Shown here in pieces: positions 52,001 to 63,850 of a stretch of DNA of 64,000 nt. The notes under the pieces were generated by a model. That model was not told where the DNA came from, searched no databases, and was given only the letters and a program-made list of their open reading frames with translations. How positions within the stretch are numbered: the first letter of the stretch is position 1; every line of letters begins with the position of its first letter. The DNA comes from Haliotis rufescens (taxonomy: Eukaryota), in NCBI RefSeq assembly GCF_023055435.1, contig NW_025963796.1, positions 62,001 through 126,000 of the forward strand, in the 5' to 3' direction. The position numbers and the translations under genes were made by a program.

Positions 52001-55000
52001 GACTAACTCACCCATCCATCGACTAACTCATCCATCCATCCACTCCCTCACCCATCCATCGACTTACTCACCCATCCATCGACTCACTCACCCATCCATC
52101 GAATCCCTCACCCATCCATCGACTTACTCACCCATCCATCGACTTACTCACCCATCCATCGACTCACTCACTCATCCACTCACTCACTCACCCATCCATC
52201 GACTTACTCACCCATCCATCGACTTACTCACCCATCCATCGACTTACTCACCCATCCGTCGACTTACTCACCTATTATGTTACAGATCTGCTTCACCCGG
52301 GAGTTCACGGACCACAACGGGAAACAAGGTTACCATCTTGGGTGTGAAGAGAAACAGGTGTGAAAATATAAACCCTGATGTCTGTAAATCACCAGCACTG
52401 AAGACCAGTACATATACATATAGGTTATCTCGTCAGTTAGTTTTGCAAAGGCAAATACCCTCTATCAGGAATATGAAGTGTATATTCCTAATACAGAATA
52501 TTTACCATTCCCAAAACACACAAGCGTGGTGACCTCTTTATCATGTAATGCCATTCTTAAAATGTCTTGTAAACAATTGTCTTCATCTCTCACAAGCGGC
52601 ACCCGTGAAGATCCGGGGTAGAATAGGTCTTCAGCAACCCATGCTTGCAATGAAAGCCAACTATGCTTGTCGTAAGAGGCGACTAACGGCATCGGGTGGT
52701 CAGACTCGCTGACTTGGTTTGTGCATGTCATCGTATCCCAATGGCGTGGATCGAGGCTCATGATGTCAATCACTGGATTGTCCGGTCCAGACTCGATTAT
52801 TTACAGACTGCCGTTATATAGCTAGAATATTGCTGAGTGCGGCGTTAAACAACAAACAAACACACAAACAAATCTCTCAAACGGTACCAAAACAAGTTTA
52901 AGTGAGTAATATTGAATTACTACACTCGTCCCCTTCGGATGCTGGGGGCACGGGTGGCCCAGTCGTCTAAGGCGCCGCGATTCGCTGTGCAGAGTTGCGT
53001 CCCTTAGGCACGCCAGGAACCTATGATTGTGGGTTCGAATCCCGGTTCGCCCCGATTATGTTTCTAGGTTTGTCAGCACTATACCCGTGCACGTCGACTT
53101 CACCGAAGTGGTAAACGTTTGAGACCTGCATCACTTCGGGCTTTCCTCTCACATTAAGCTGCCGCCACGATATAACTGGAATAATGTTAAAAGCGGCGTT
53201 AAACCAGACTCACCATTCACTCACCTTCGGATGCCGGTTATATTACTATTCGTGGACTTCAAAACGAATCTGTTTACGTCACTTTAGTTGATTAGATGGT
53301 GTCATATATACGGTATCGGACGAGGACTAACACTGTGAGCCTGCTGTATCCCACCGGAATATCCATATATCTTCAGCGGTGCCAGCTGTTCTCTAACGCT
53401 GCCACGTTGCTGGGGAGACGCGAGGCTGAGGACGGGGAGGATGACAGCGACCACTGCTTCCAGTGCTGTGACGCCGACGATTGCAACGCCCATCTATGTC
53501 TGGGATCTCTGGCTCGCAACAACGCCAGTCACCCTGGTGTAGGATATACCACGGGCAGTGAGTATCGGTGTATATCATATATCACAGGCAGTGAGTATCA
53601 GTGTATGTCACATACCACGGGCAGTGAGTATCAGTATGTATCACATACCACAGGCAGTGAGTATCAGTGTATATAACATACAACAGGGTGGGAGTATCAA
53701 TCAAGTCTATATCACATACAACAGGCTGTGAGTATCAGTGTAGATCACATACCACAAGCAGTGAGTGCCAGTGTATATCACATACCACAAGCAGTGAGTG
53801 CCAGTGTATATCACATACAACAGGCAGTGAGTACGAGTGTATATCACATACCACAGGCAGTGAGTATCAGTGTATATCACATACCACAGGCAGTGAGTAC
53901 CAGTGTATATCACATACCAAAAGCAGTGAGTGCCAGTGTATATCACATACAACAGGCAGTGAGTACGAGTGTATATCACATACCACAGGCAGTGAGTATC
54001 AGTGTATATCACATACCACAGGCAGTGAGTACCAGTGTATATCACATACCAGAGGCAGTGAGTACCACTGTATATCACATACCACAAGCAGTGAGTACCA
54101 GTGTAGATCACATACCACAGACAGTGAGTATAAGTTTATATCACATACTACAGGCAGCGAGTACCAGTGTTTATCACATACCACGAGCATTGAGTACCAG
54201 TGTATATCACATACCGCAGGCAGTAAGTATCAGTTTATATCACATACCACAAGCAGTGAGTATCAGTGTATGTCATATACCACAGGCATTGAGTATCAGT
54301 GTATATCACATACAACAGGCAGTGAGTATCAGTGTATATCACATACAACAGGCAGTGATTATCAGTGTAGATCACATACAACAGGCAGTGAGTACCAGTG
54401 TATATCACATGCAACAGGCAGTGAGTATCAGTGTATATCACATACAACAGGCAGTGAGTACCAGTGTATATCACATACAACAGGCAGTGAGTATCAGTGT
54501 ATATCACATACAACAGGCAGTGAGTATCAGTGTAGATCACATACAACAGGCAGTGAGTACCAGTGTATATCACATACAACAGGCAGTGAGTATCAGTGTA
54601 TATCACATACCACAGACAGTGAGTATCAGTGTATATCACATACCACAGGCAGTGAGTACCAGTGTATATCACATACCACAGTCAGTAAGTATCAGTGTAT
54701 ATCACATACAACAGGCAGTGAGTATCAGTGTATATCACATACAACAGGCAGTGAATGCCAGTGTATATCACATACCACAGTCAGTGAGTATCAGTTTATA
54801 TCACATACCACAGGCAGTGAGTATCAGTGTATGTCACATACCACATGCAGTGAGTACCAGTGTATGTCACATACAATAGGCAGTGAGTACCAGTGTATAT
54901 CACATACCACTGTCAGTGAGTATCAGTTTATATCTCATATACCACAGGCAGTGAGTATCAGTATATATCACAAACCACGGGCAGTGAGTACCAGTATATA

Positions 55001-57247
55001 TCACATATCACGGGCAGTGAGTACCAGTGTATATCACATACCACAAGCAGTGAGTATCAGTATATATCACATACCACAGGCAGTGAGTATCAGTGTATAT
55101 CACATACCACAATCAGTGAGTATCAGTATATATCACATACCAAATGCAGTGAGTACCAGTGTATATCCAATATCACAGGCAGTGAGTACCAGTGTATATC
55201 ACATACCACATGCAGTGAGTACCAGTGTATATCACATACCACAAGCAGTGAGTGCCAGTGTATATCACATACAACAGGCAGTGAGTACGAGTGCATATCA
55301 CATACCACAGGCAGTGAGTATCAGTTTATATCACATACCACAAGCAGTGAGTACCACTGTATATCACATACCACAAGCAGCGAGTACCAGTGTATATCAC
55401 ATACACCAGGCAGTGAGTATCAGTTTATATCACATACAACAGGCAGTAAGTATGAGTTTATGTCACATACCACAGGCAGTGAGTACCAGTGTATATCACA
55501 TACCACGAGCTGTGAGTACCAGTGTATATCACATACCGCAGGCAGTGAGTATCAGTTTATATCACATACCACAGGCAGTGAGTACCAGTGTATATCACAT
55601 ACAACAGGCAGTGAGTACCAGTATATATCACATACAACAGGCAGTGAGTATCAGTGTATATCACATACAACAGGCAATGAGTATCAGTGTATATCACATA
55701 CGACAGGCAGTGAGTATCAGTGTATATCACATACAACAGGCAGTGAGTATCAGTGTATATCACATACCACAGGCAGTGAGTACCAGTGTATATCACATAC
55801 AACAGGCAGTGAGTACCAGTATATATCACATACAACAGGAAGTGAGTATCAGTGTATATCACATACAACAGGCAGTGAGTATCAGTGTATATCACATACC
55901 ACAGGCAGTGAGTATCAGTGTATATCACATACAACAGGCAGTGAGTATCAGTGTATATCACATACCACAGGCAGTGAGTACCAGTGTATATCACATACAA
56001 CAGGCAGTGAGTATCAGTGTATATCACATACCACAGGCAGTCAGTGCCATTGTATATCACATACCACAAGCAGTGAGTATCAGTTTATATCACATACCAC
56101 AGGCAGTGAGTATCAGTGTATATCACATACAACAGGCAGTGAGTGCCAGTGTATATCACATACCACTGTCAGTGAGTATGAGTTTATATCACATACCACA
56201 GGCAGTGAGTATCAGTGTATATCACATACAACAGGCAGCATCCTTGTGTATTACTCCACAGTCGCGACTTCACAGACGGCTATGTCTAACATCAGATCCT
56301 CTCTGTTTTGTCTTCTCAAGGGTGTCCCCCGACTTTCGTGGCCGGACCTCGCTCGTGTTTCTACATGGCCAACTGGACGCTGTCCTGGGACAATGCCAGA
56401 CTGGACTGCCAGCGACGTGGGGCTGACCTCGCGTCCGTCGATGACCAGGCCGAAGACTTCTTCCTTGTGGGGCTCTTCAACTCTGTACTAGGTGAGCTTA
56501 AAGGCAAACAGGACGTACACCTCTGTACCAGGTGAGCTTCAAAGCATACAGGGCGTACCATCTGTACCAGGTGAGCTTCCAGGCGTACAGGGTGTACACC
56601 TTTGTACCAGGTGAACTTCAAGGTCTGCAGGAAGAACATCTCTGTACCAGGTGAGCTTCAAGGCATACAGGACGTAGAACTCTGTATCAGGTGAGCTTCA
56701 AAGCATACAGAGCGTACACCTCTGTACCAGGTGGGCTTCCAGGCGTACAGGGCGTACACCTTTGTACCAGGTGAACTTCAAGGCATACAGGACGTACACC
56801 TCTGTACCAGGTGAGCGTAAAGGAAGGTGCGTACAAGAGTGCGTACTTGTACCAGGTCAGCTACAGGATATACAATATTGAGTAATGATGAACCTTCAAG
56901 AACTTCTTTTTTTAGTGTTTTTGCACAAAATCGTACACATTCAAGATTTGCCCACGTTGTGAAGCATGCTGTAGCAGGTGTTGTCTGTTACTATGGCAGC
57001 GGCGACTCATCCGGCTTATTATTGGCTGGGGGGATACTACATCATGGCTACCACGGAGTGGGCGTGGCTGGATATGGCACGTGTCCAGTACACGAGGTGG
57101 GGGCCGAAAGAACCGGTCACAAGCACCTACAACTACCGCATCGCCATGGTCAACCCCGCCTCTCACGCCACCTACACCGACTGGATGTGGTCCTCCATCA
57201 CCGCCACCTCCGCTGAAGGCTTCATCTGCGAGAGGTCTTTCCTGTGA
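46036..57247 (+). CDS. Secreted pre-pro 1x LU/three-finger-like + C-type lectin protein (gene 2, paralogue of gene 1); join(46036..46056,46696..46774,50031..50107,52286..52357,53377..53557,56321..56491,57000..57247), 282 aa
   Basis: GT-AG introns with compatible phases, total 849 nt; exon sizes 77/72/171 shared with gene 1; MADFVQLMMTLLLMCNVIGA signal-like N-terminus; AATAAA at 57305. Confidence 0.87.
46214..46612 (+). mobile_element. SINE family A followed directly by a 5'-truncated family D copy
   Basis: Both consensus sequences abut at about 46372. Confidence 0.85.
46865..47195 (+). mobile_element. SINE family B
   Basis: Family consensus. Confidence 0.9.
47444..47710 (+). mobile_element. 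SINE family C
   Basis: TSD tgaacgcgc. Confidence 0.9.
47727..49928. repeat. 32-bp minisatellite, about 69 copies (gacctgtgagcactgtgacgatgtatctctat)
   Basis: Direct periodicity; 574-bp higher-order duplication. Confidence 0.95.
50135..51026. repeat. 26-bp minisatellite after the gene 2 exon 3 donor
   Basis: Unit ccagtgggwggggacatctatataat. Confidence 0.93.
51070..52272. repeat. (CCAT/CACT/CGACT) compound microsatellite running up to the exon 4 acceptor
   Basis: Direct. Confidence 0.93.
52600..52872 (+). mobile_element. SINE family C
   Basis: Family consensus. Confidence 0.88.
52944..53224 (+). mobile_element. SINE family D
   Basis: TSD ccttcggatgc. Confidence 0.9.
53545..56238 (+). repeat. 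33-bp minisatellite, about 82 copies; unit = gene 2 exon 5 3' end + GTGAGT donor
   Basis: Unit ataccacaggca|gtgagtatcagtgtatatcac versus exon end ataccacgggca|gtgagtatcggtgtatatcat. Confidence 0.97.
56481..56858 (+). repeat. 40-bp minisatellite, about 9 copies; unit = gene 2 exon 6 3' end + GTGAGC donor
   Basis: Unit ctctgtaccag|gtgagcttcaaggcatacaggacgtacac versus exon end ctctgtactag|gtgagc. Confidence 0.93.
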
Positions 57248-57822
57248 CCGAATGTACCCATCTTGTGAAGTTAAATTGCCGGTGTAAGCTTTGAATTATT
57301 GACCAATAAACGGTTCCTTTTTTGTCAATATAAATAATAATTTCCATTTATTACGAAAGGTTGCATTAGTTACAGACCGACGTCATATGGTTGGAATATT
57401 GCTGAGTGCGGCTTTAAACAACAAACGAACAAACAAAGATGGTACTTGTTGTTTCCCTGCCTGGCGCTCGGCATAAAGGACATTTAAACGAGGACTGGTC
57501 GTCACGGAGTCAGTATAAGTGTGTATTGGATATAGTGCCTGCCCAGAGGGAGGATTGTCGGTGCTCCGATCTAGGGCTGTGTCATACAAAAAGATGGTAC
57601 TTGTTGTTTCCCTGCCTGGGGCTCGGCATTAAGGACATTTAAACAAGGACTGGTCAGTATGGTCAGTATACTGTGTCTGAGTGGGGTATTCATGTTGGAC
57701 GTTAAGAAGTGGTGTTGTGTAATATCCCTCACTATGATATTAGGACATTCGGAAGTGGTATGGAGCAGTAACACTCACGAAGACGTTAAGTGGATATTTT
57801 GGAAGTGGTGCTGTGTAGTATC

Positions 57823-58169
57823 GACCGCTTCCGTGGTCTTGTGGTAGAGCGTCCGCCCGGAGAGCGGTAGGTCAGGGGTTCGATCCCCGGCCGCGTCATA
57901 CCAAAAGACGTTAAATGATGGTACTTGTTGTTACCCTGTCAGGCGCTCGGCATTAAGGGGCTAAAACAAGGACTGGTCGGCTCGGAGTCAGTATGCTGTG
58001 TCTGAGTGGGGTATTCATGTTAAACTGCGGCATGGTATCTCAGTGAGCTAGCACTATAAATCGGCATCAGTCCGGACTAGTTCAAGCAGACACACACACG
58101 TGCATGCACGTCGCTATATAAGTGCAATAATCTTGGACGCGACGTTAAACCCAATTTACCTCACCTCGC
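57823..58169 (+). mobile_element. SINE family B, full length (fragments of B and C at 57365-57700)
   Basis: TSD ctgtgtagtatc. Confidence 0.92.
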
Positions 58170-58899
58170 CTGTGTAGTATCACTCACAGCGACATTAAGT
58201 GGACGTTCTGAATTGAGCAATACCAGCATCTTAATCGTCATGGGAGTGTTAACTACATAAGTCACGTCCGAACAGAACATGTTGTCATATTCCCCCTCGA
58301 CAATACCTGCAGTGGAAATGGGATTAAATCCTCCAAAATCAATTACCATGGTCATCGTCCATATTGTAACGAGGGGATTTCTAAATTGAAACGCAATCCA
58401 CATATCTAAATTGTGAAATCAGTAAAACACCACTCAAATTCAATTTATAACCAACATATTATTTTCAGTTTTAGGTTAACAATCGCAAACAGCAATACAC
58501 TGCGTCAATTCCGTATTCGACGTAATAAGCGCTCCGCTCTAATAACCGCCCACGGCGATATTTGCTAATATATTGGCTTGTGAACAATCCCAATTAGCAC
58601 CCCTTCCGATTGATCAATGTACACAAGACTTATTTATTCGTGTATAATACGCACTCGTGTGTTATATGCACCCTTAATTATGGGCAATTAATCCTTTAAT
58701 TGTTGCAAACTAAAACTGTTTCAGATTTGGTAAAATACATAACATGCATTAAATCTTATTCAATGTCACAGGAACTTTTGTTGTTCAGTATAGTTCTCTC
58801 TAAACATGATCTTTGCTTTCTCCTAATATCCATGTATTGGGGTACACATGTTTTACCAATGCATAACGTTGAAACATGGATTCTATCGTCAGGGATTCT

Positions 58900-59090
58900 A
58901 AATTACCCCGTTCACTGGATCAGTGTGCACTGGATTTTCACATTCTCAGCTCCCTGGGGAGTATACAACCCAATCTGCATGTGAGGCGCTAGAAGGTTAA
59001 CAACCACATTACCATCTCATCCTACCGGGTACCCATTCACTGCTGGGTGAACAGAGGCACATTTCGAACAAAGTCACTTGCCTAAGGTGA
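58900..59090 (-). mobile_element. Old CORE-type SINE fragment; related 3' parts at about 4090-4245 and 28088-28210
   Basis: Minus-strand ccttaggcaagtgact...tgcctctgttcacccagcagtgaatgggtacc resembles the CORE domain. Confidence 0.55.
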
Positions 59091-59583
59091 GTGAGTGAGT
59101 GAGTATGGTTTTACGCCGCTTTTAGCAATATTCCAGCAATATCACGGCGGGGGTCTTGCCTAAGGAGGCACCACACGTGGTACTTGTGCATTTGTGTGGG
59201 ACAGGACCGACGCCCTAGAAACTCTCAGGAGCAAAGCTGCTGAACGCGGTCGTCACGCCGAAGGCCCGGGTTCGATTCTCAACATGGGTGAAGCCCATTT
59301 TCGGTGTACCCCGTCGTAATATTGCTTGAACATCGCTAAAAGCGGCGTGAAACAATACTCACTCACTCTGGAGCCTTTACTCATCAACCGCCATATATCC
59401 CAGCACAAGCTGATATCGCTCCATGAATCATCTGTGAGGACGTTATAATGTATATTCCCGCGTGTGATAGGCTACATCTTGTCACGTGTGCATCATGTGT
59501 GAAGGCTTGTACTAAGTTGTACCCCAGCCGGCGTGTGAAAACAATAAACTGTTCTAACTGTTCTAGCTGTTCTAACTTCACGA

Positions 59584-59920
59584 GACCGTCTCAGTGGTGT
59601 TGTAGCTAGAACGTCCTTCCGAGAGTGGAAGGTCGGTGGTTCGATTCCCAGCCACGTTAAAAGATGTTACATGTTGTTACCCTGCCTGGCGCTCGGCATT
59701 AAGGGACTAAAACAAGGACTGGTCGGCTTGGGGTCAGTAAACTGTGTCTGAGTGTTGTATTCATGTTAAACTGCGGCATGGTATCTCAGTGGGTCAGCAC
59801 TATAAAATCGGCGTTAGTCCGGAGTAGTACAAGTAGACACACACACGTGCACCACGTCGCTATATAAGCGCATTAATCTGGGACACGACGTTAAACCCCT
59901 TTTTACCACCACCACAACCA
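59584..59920 (+). mobile_element. SINE family B, diverged
   Basis: Family consensus. Confidence 0.85.
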
Positions 59921-59975
59921 CAGCGTGTTTTATCAGGGCTCGGTATATATAACGGAGGTGTTTCACACGCTAATA

Positions 59976-60140
59976 GGGGCGGTCGGGTAGCCTAGTGGTT
60001 AAAGCGTTCGCTCGTCACCCCGGGTTCGATTCCCGACATGGGTACAAAGTGTGAAGCCCATTTCTGGTGTCCCCCGACGTGATATCGATATTGCTGGAAC
60101 TTTGCTAAAAGCGGCGTAAAACCATACACACCCACACACC
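59976..60140 (+). mobile_element. SINE family A
   Basis: Family consensus. Confidence 0.85.
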
Positions 60141-60890
60141 CTAGGTCTCACACGCTAAAAGTGTATCTGAAGGGAGACAACTCCTGGAGTCATATGGGCA
60201 CTATATTGGTGAGAACACGAAGTCCCTATGTCCACCCGTTTAAAGGGTTTGAATGTTTACAACGGTCCGCGATCTATTTAAATCGTGCCTAAGGACCTAG
60301 GTTCCTAGTATGTTTCAGTATCAAAGATAAAGTTTATATTCAAGATGTCAGAAACATTGTATATCCGGGTCTAAGTTTCCCAAGTCCTGACCCGTGACTG
60401 TGGAATTTATGTTTTTTAGGTATTTTTTTTACTAAAAGCCTAGGCAAGTCTAGATCAAACTAACCAAGTCTAGTTTACTTGATTCCTGAAAACAGAAGAA
60501 GAGGAAAGGTTCTTTCAAAGAATAACAATAATAATTTGAAAGACTAAGTGTTAGTCTAAAGTGTGACATATTCTGCCAGGTATCTGCCTCCGAGGGAGTT
60601 TTGAACAACTTTGGCCTTGCTCCCTGTGTGGTTATATTGTATAGAGATGAATGGAGGATTACATATCGAAGTCAGACAAACGTACATCCTTGTCTCTGTG
60701 TGTAGATACTGACAGGTATCTAGTACAATCTACCTCCGAGGGAGTTTTGAACAACTTTGGCCTTGTAGTTGTATTGTATCGAGATGAATGGAGTAATTGG
60801 ATTACATATCGAAGTCAGACAAAATGTACATCCTTGTATCCGTGTGTAGAACGACCTTGGCCTCGCCATGAGGTCCTTGGCATAGACCTC

Positions 60891-61158
60891 GAGTGAGTGA
60901 GTGAGTTGGGTTTAACGCCGCTTTTAACATTATTCCAGTTATATCACGGCGTGTCAGCTTAATGTGGGAGAAAAGCCCGAAGTGATGCAGGTCTCAGACG
61001 TTTACCACTTCGGTGAAACCCACGAGCACGGGTATAGAAACATAATCGGGACGAACCGGGATTCGAACCCACAATCATAGGTTTCTGGCGTGCCCAAGGG
61101 ACGCAACTCTGCACAGCGAATCGCGGCGCCTTTGATGACTGGGCCACCAGTGCCCCCA
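60891..61158 (-). mobile_element. SINE family D
   Basis: Reverse complement of the 9896 copy. Confidence 0.9.
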
Positions 61159-61329
61159 CTGCCCAGTATAGCTGGGTCATGTGTCATAAACTGCCCGTTG
61201 CTGCCTTGTCTCAAGTATCAATTCCCGGTCGCTTCTATCATGCGGGCGAGCAGTCAATAGTATAACGAGCACCTGTAAATATTTAGGCTGTTGCTATACC
61301 CCGGGTCGACAATCCACACTTTCAATCCA

Positions 61330-61484
61330 AGTCGCCTGACCCACACGTCATCTGTATAATCACAATAGCTACAGCCTCGCCACGTGAGAAGTCTCGCGCT
61401 GCCACTTCACGCGAGATCTCCCGGCGTGGTTGGTCTGTATCGAGATTATAAGGGAGGATTAAAAATCGCACCCGGAGACACTAG
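61330..61484 (+). promoter_or_regulatory. Possible promoter and non-coding first exon of a further gene
   Basis: Local CpG enrichment; cacgtg and tctcgcg/cgcgaga motifs; donor TAG|GTAGGT at 61485. Confidence 0.3.
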
Positions 61485-62119
61485 GTAGGTAAAATATCTT
61501 CGCTTTCAATCACTATTGTCAGAGTACTTTTTACATACTTCAGAGTGTAAGTTTATAAATGAAAAGTATTTTTTAAAGCTTGCCAATGTTCATGAGGCGC
61601 GACCCACCGTATAAACGACTGTAATAAGACTTGTGTTTTGTGTCTTCTGATTAGGCACATAGCAACGGAAAGCACGGCTATCGTAAAGAAAACTATCTGT
61701 TCTGTACCAAAGGCGACTTACAGCTTGCTGATGCACTTGACTCCAGTTTAATTGTTAATTAACCTGAAACTTTATAGCATATAGGTGGTTAACAGTAATC
61801 GTTTGGGGGGAGTCCCTCACACAGGAGAGAGCATCTTTATGATGGAGATATAACGTAAGAAGAATGAACCACAAATGCAAGCTTACAGTTACTTTTTCCT
61901 AACCAAGTCAGCTCTAATTCCTTAACATTTTGAACGCTATATAATTGTACAAATTTGAAGACTGAAGGTGTGTTCCTTTGATATTGTGTGATGTACGTTT
62001 TCCGTAGATCGGTGGGTAGTGGACACTACGCACATCTTTAATATCACCGGGGCAAGTTCTGCATTTTCTGTCTTGAAAACTAGTACGCTGATACCTTCTA
62101 GCTCTATGGCCAAGTAAAA

Positions 62120-62286
62120 AAATAGTTGTGGAAATAGTTGTGGAAATAGTGTGGAAATAGTTGTGGAAATAGTGTGGAAATAGTTCTGGAAATTGTGTGG
62201 AAATAGTTGTGGAAGTAGTTGTGGAAATCGTGTGGAAATAGTTGTGGAAATAGTTGTGGAAATATATGTGGAAATAGTGTGGAAAT
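62120..62286. repeat. 10-12-bp tandem repeat (gtggaaatagtt)
   Basis: Direct. Confidence 0.9.
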
Positions 62287-62769
62287 TATATGAAGCAGGG
62301 ATAGACTTAGAAACTTAGTTACGTGTGATGTGATGACCTGTCCGACTGTCTGGCAGATAAGTATAAGACTACTTACGTATTCAGTTTTAATATAACGCGT
62401 TGTAGATTCTCAAGTTTGAATTATTTGAAATTAATCAAGACGTGATTTGTCTCTTAGTTTTCAATTTCGATTTTTCAATATTTATAATGCCTGAATGCGG
62501 GCTGGTAACTTAAAGGACTTGCAGGCAAGACTTAGTGGTCTGCTGTCTTATTTGGTATTTGGTTTTAAAATTATTTAAAACACTGGGGATGAGTAAATTA
62601 TTCAGAAACAAAAGTCGGTGGTTTCAGGACAGGTGTGGTGGGGAGAATGCAACTTCTCTGTATACACAGTTCCCTAGCTGTAGACGATTCTAATAAGGAT
62701 CTTAATAGTAATTAGAACGATCTGACACAACAGAATGCAGAAACACTAATTTATTTCAGTGTATGCACT

Positions 62770-63850
62770 TACCCCTACCTTCAGACCCGACACCCTATCC
62801 TACCCCCAGACCGACACCCGACTTTCCCCCCCGCCCGACACCCAACCCTACCCCAAAACCCGCCAAGCTATCCTTCCCCCAGACCCGACAAACACACCTA
62901 CCCCCAGACCCGACACTTACCCCTACCTTCAGATCCGACACTCACCCATACCCCCAGACCCGACACCCACCCCTACCCCCAGACCCGACACCCACCCCTA
63001 CCCTCAGACCCGACACCCAGCCCGACACCCACCCCAGCCAGACAACAGACACGGCCCCCAGCCCTACCCCCAGCCCAACACAAGAAACCAGACACGGCCC
63101 CCAGCCCTACCCCCAGCCCGACAGCAGATACCAGACACGAACCCCAGCCCTACCCCCAGCCAAACACCAGACACCAGACACGGCCCCCAGCCCTACCCCC
63201 AGCCCGACGGCAGACACCAGACACGGTCCACAGCCCTACCCCCAGCCCGACACCATACACCAGACACGGCCCCACAGCCCTACCCCCAGCCAAACACCAG
63301 ACACCAGACACGGCCCCCAGCCCTACCCCCAGCCAAACACCAGACACCAGACACGGCCCCCAGCCCTACCCCCAGCCAAACACCAGACACCAGACACGGC
63401 CCCCAGCCCTACCCCCAGCCCGACATCAGCCAGACACCAGACACCAGACACGGCCCCTATCCCTACCCCCAGCCAGACACCAGACACGGCCCCCAGCCCT
63501 ACCCCCAGCCCGACACCAGACACGGCCCCCAGCCCGACACCAGACACCAGACACGGCCCCCAGCCCAACCCCCAGCAAGACACCAGACACGGCCCCCAGC
63601 CCTACCCCCAGCCCGACACCAGACACGGCCCCCACCCCTCCCCCCAGCCCGACACCAGACACCAGACACGGCCCCGAGCCCTACCCCCAGCCAGACACCA
63701 GACACGGCCCCCAGCCCTACCCCCAGCCCAACACCAGACACGGCCCCCAGCCCTACCCCCAGCCAGACACCAGACACGACACCCAGCCCAACACCAGCCC
63801 AACACCAGACCTATCTTCCAACAGCAGTCATCCACCCGACACCCGACTGG
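62770..63850. repeat. C-rich minisatellite (cccccagccctacccccagcccgacaccagacacgg)
   Basis: Variable 36-43-bp units. Confidence 0.92.

Noticed and set aside
11513-56238. Tandem arrays as CRISPR arrays
   Set aside because: Units are head-to-tail with no unique spacers; there are no cas genes and the context is eukaryotic and intronic
53667-56426. 919-aa ORF and overlapping 383/343-aa ORFs
   Set aside because: Read-through of a 33-bp intronic repeat; the peptide register switches mid-ORF and it is separated from the real exon by a stop
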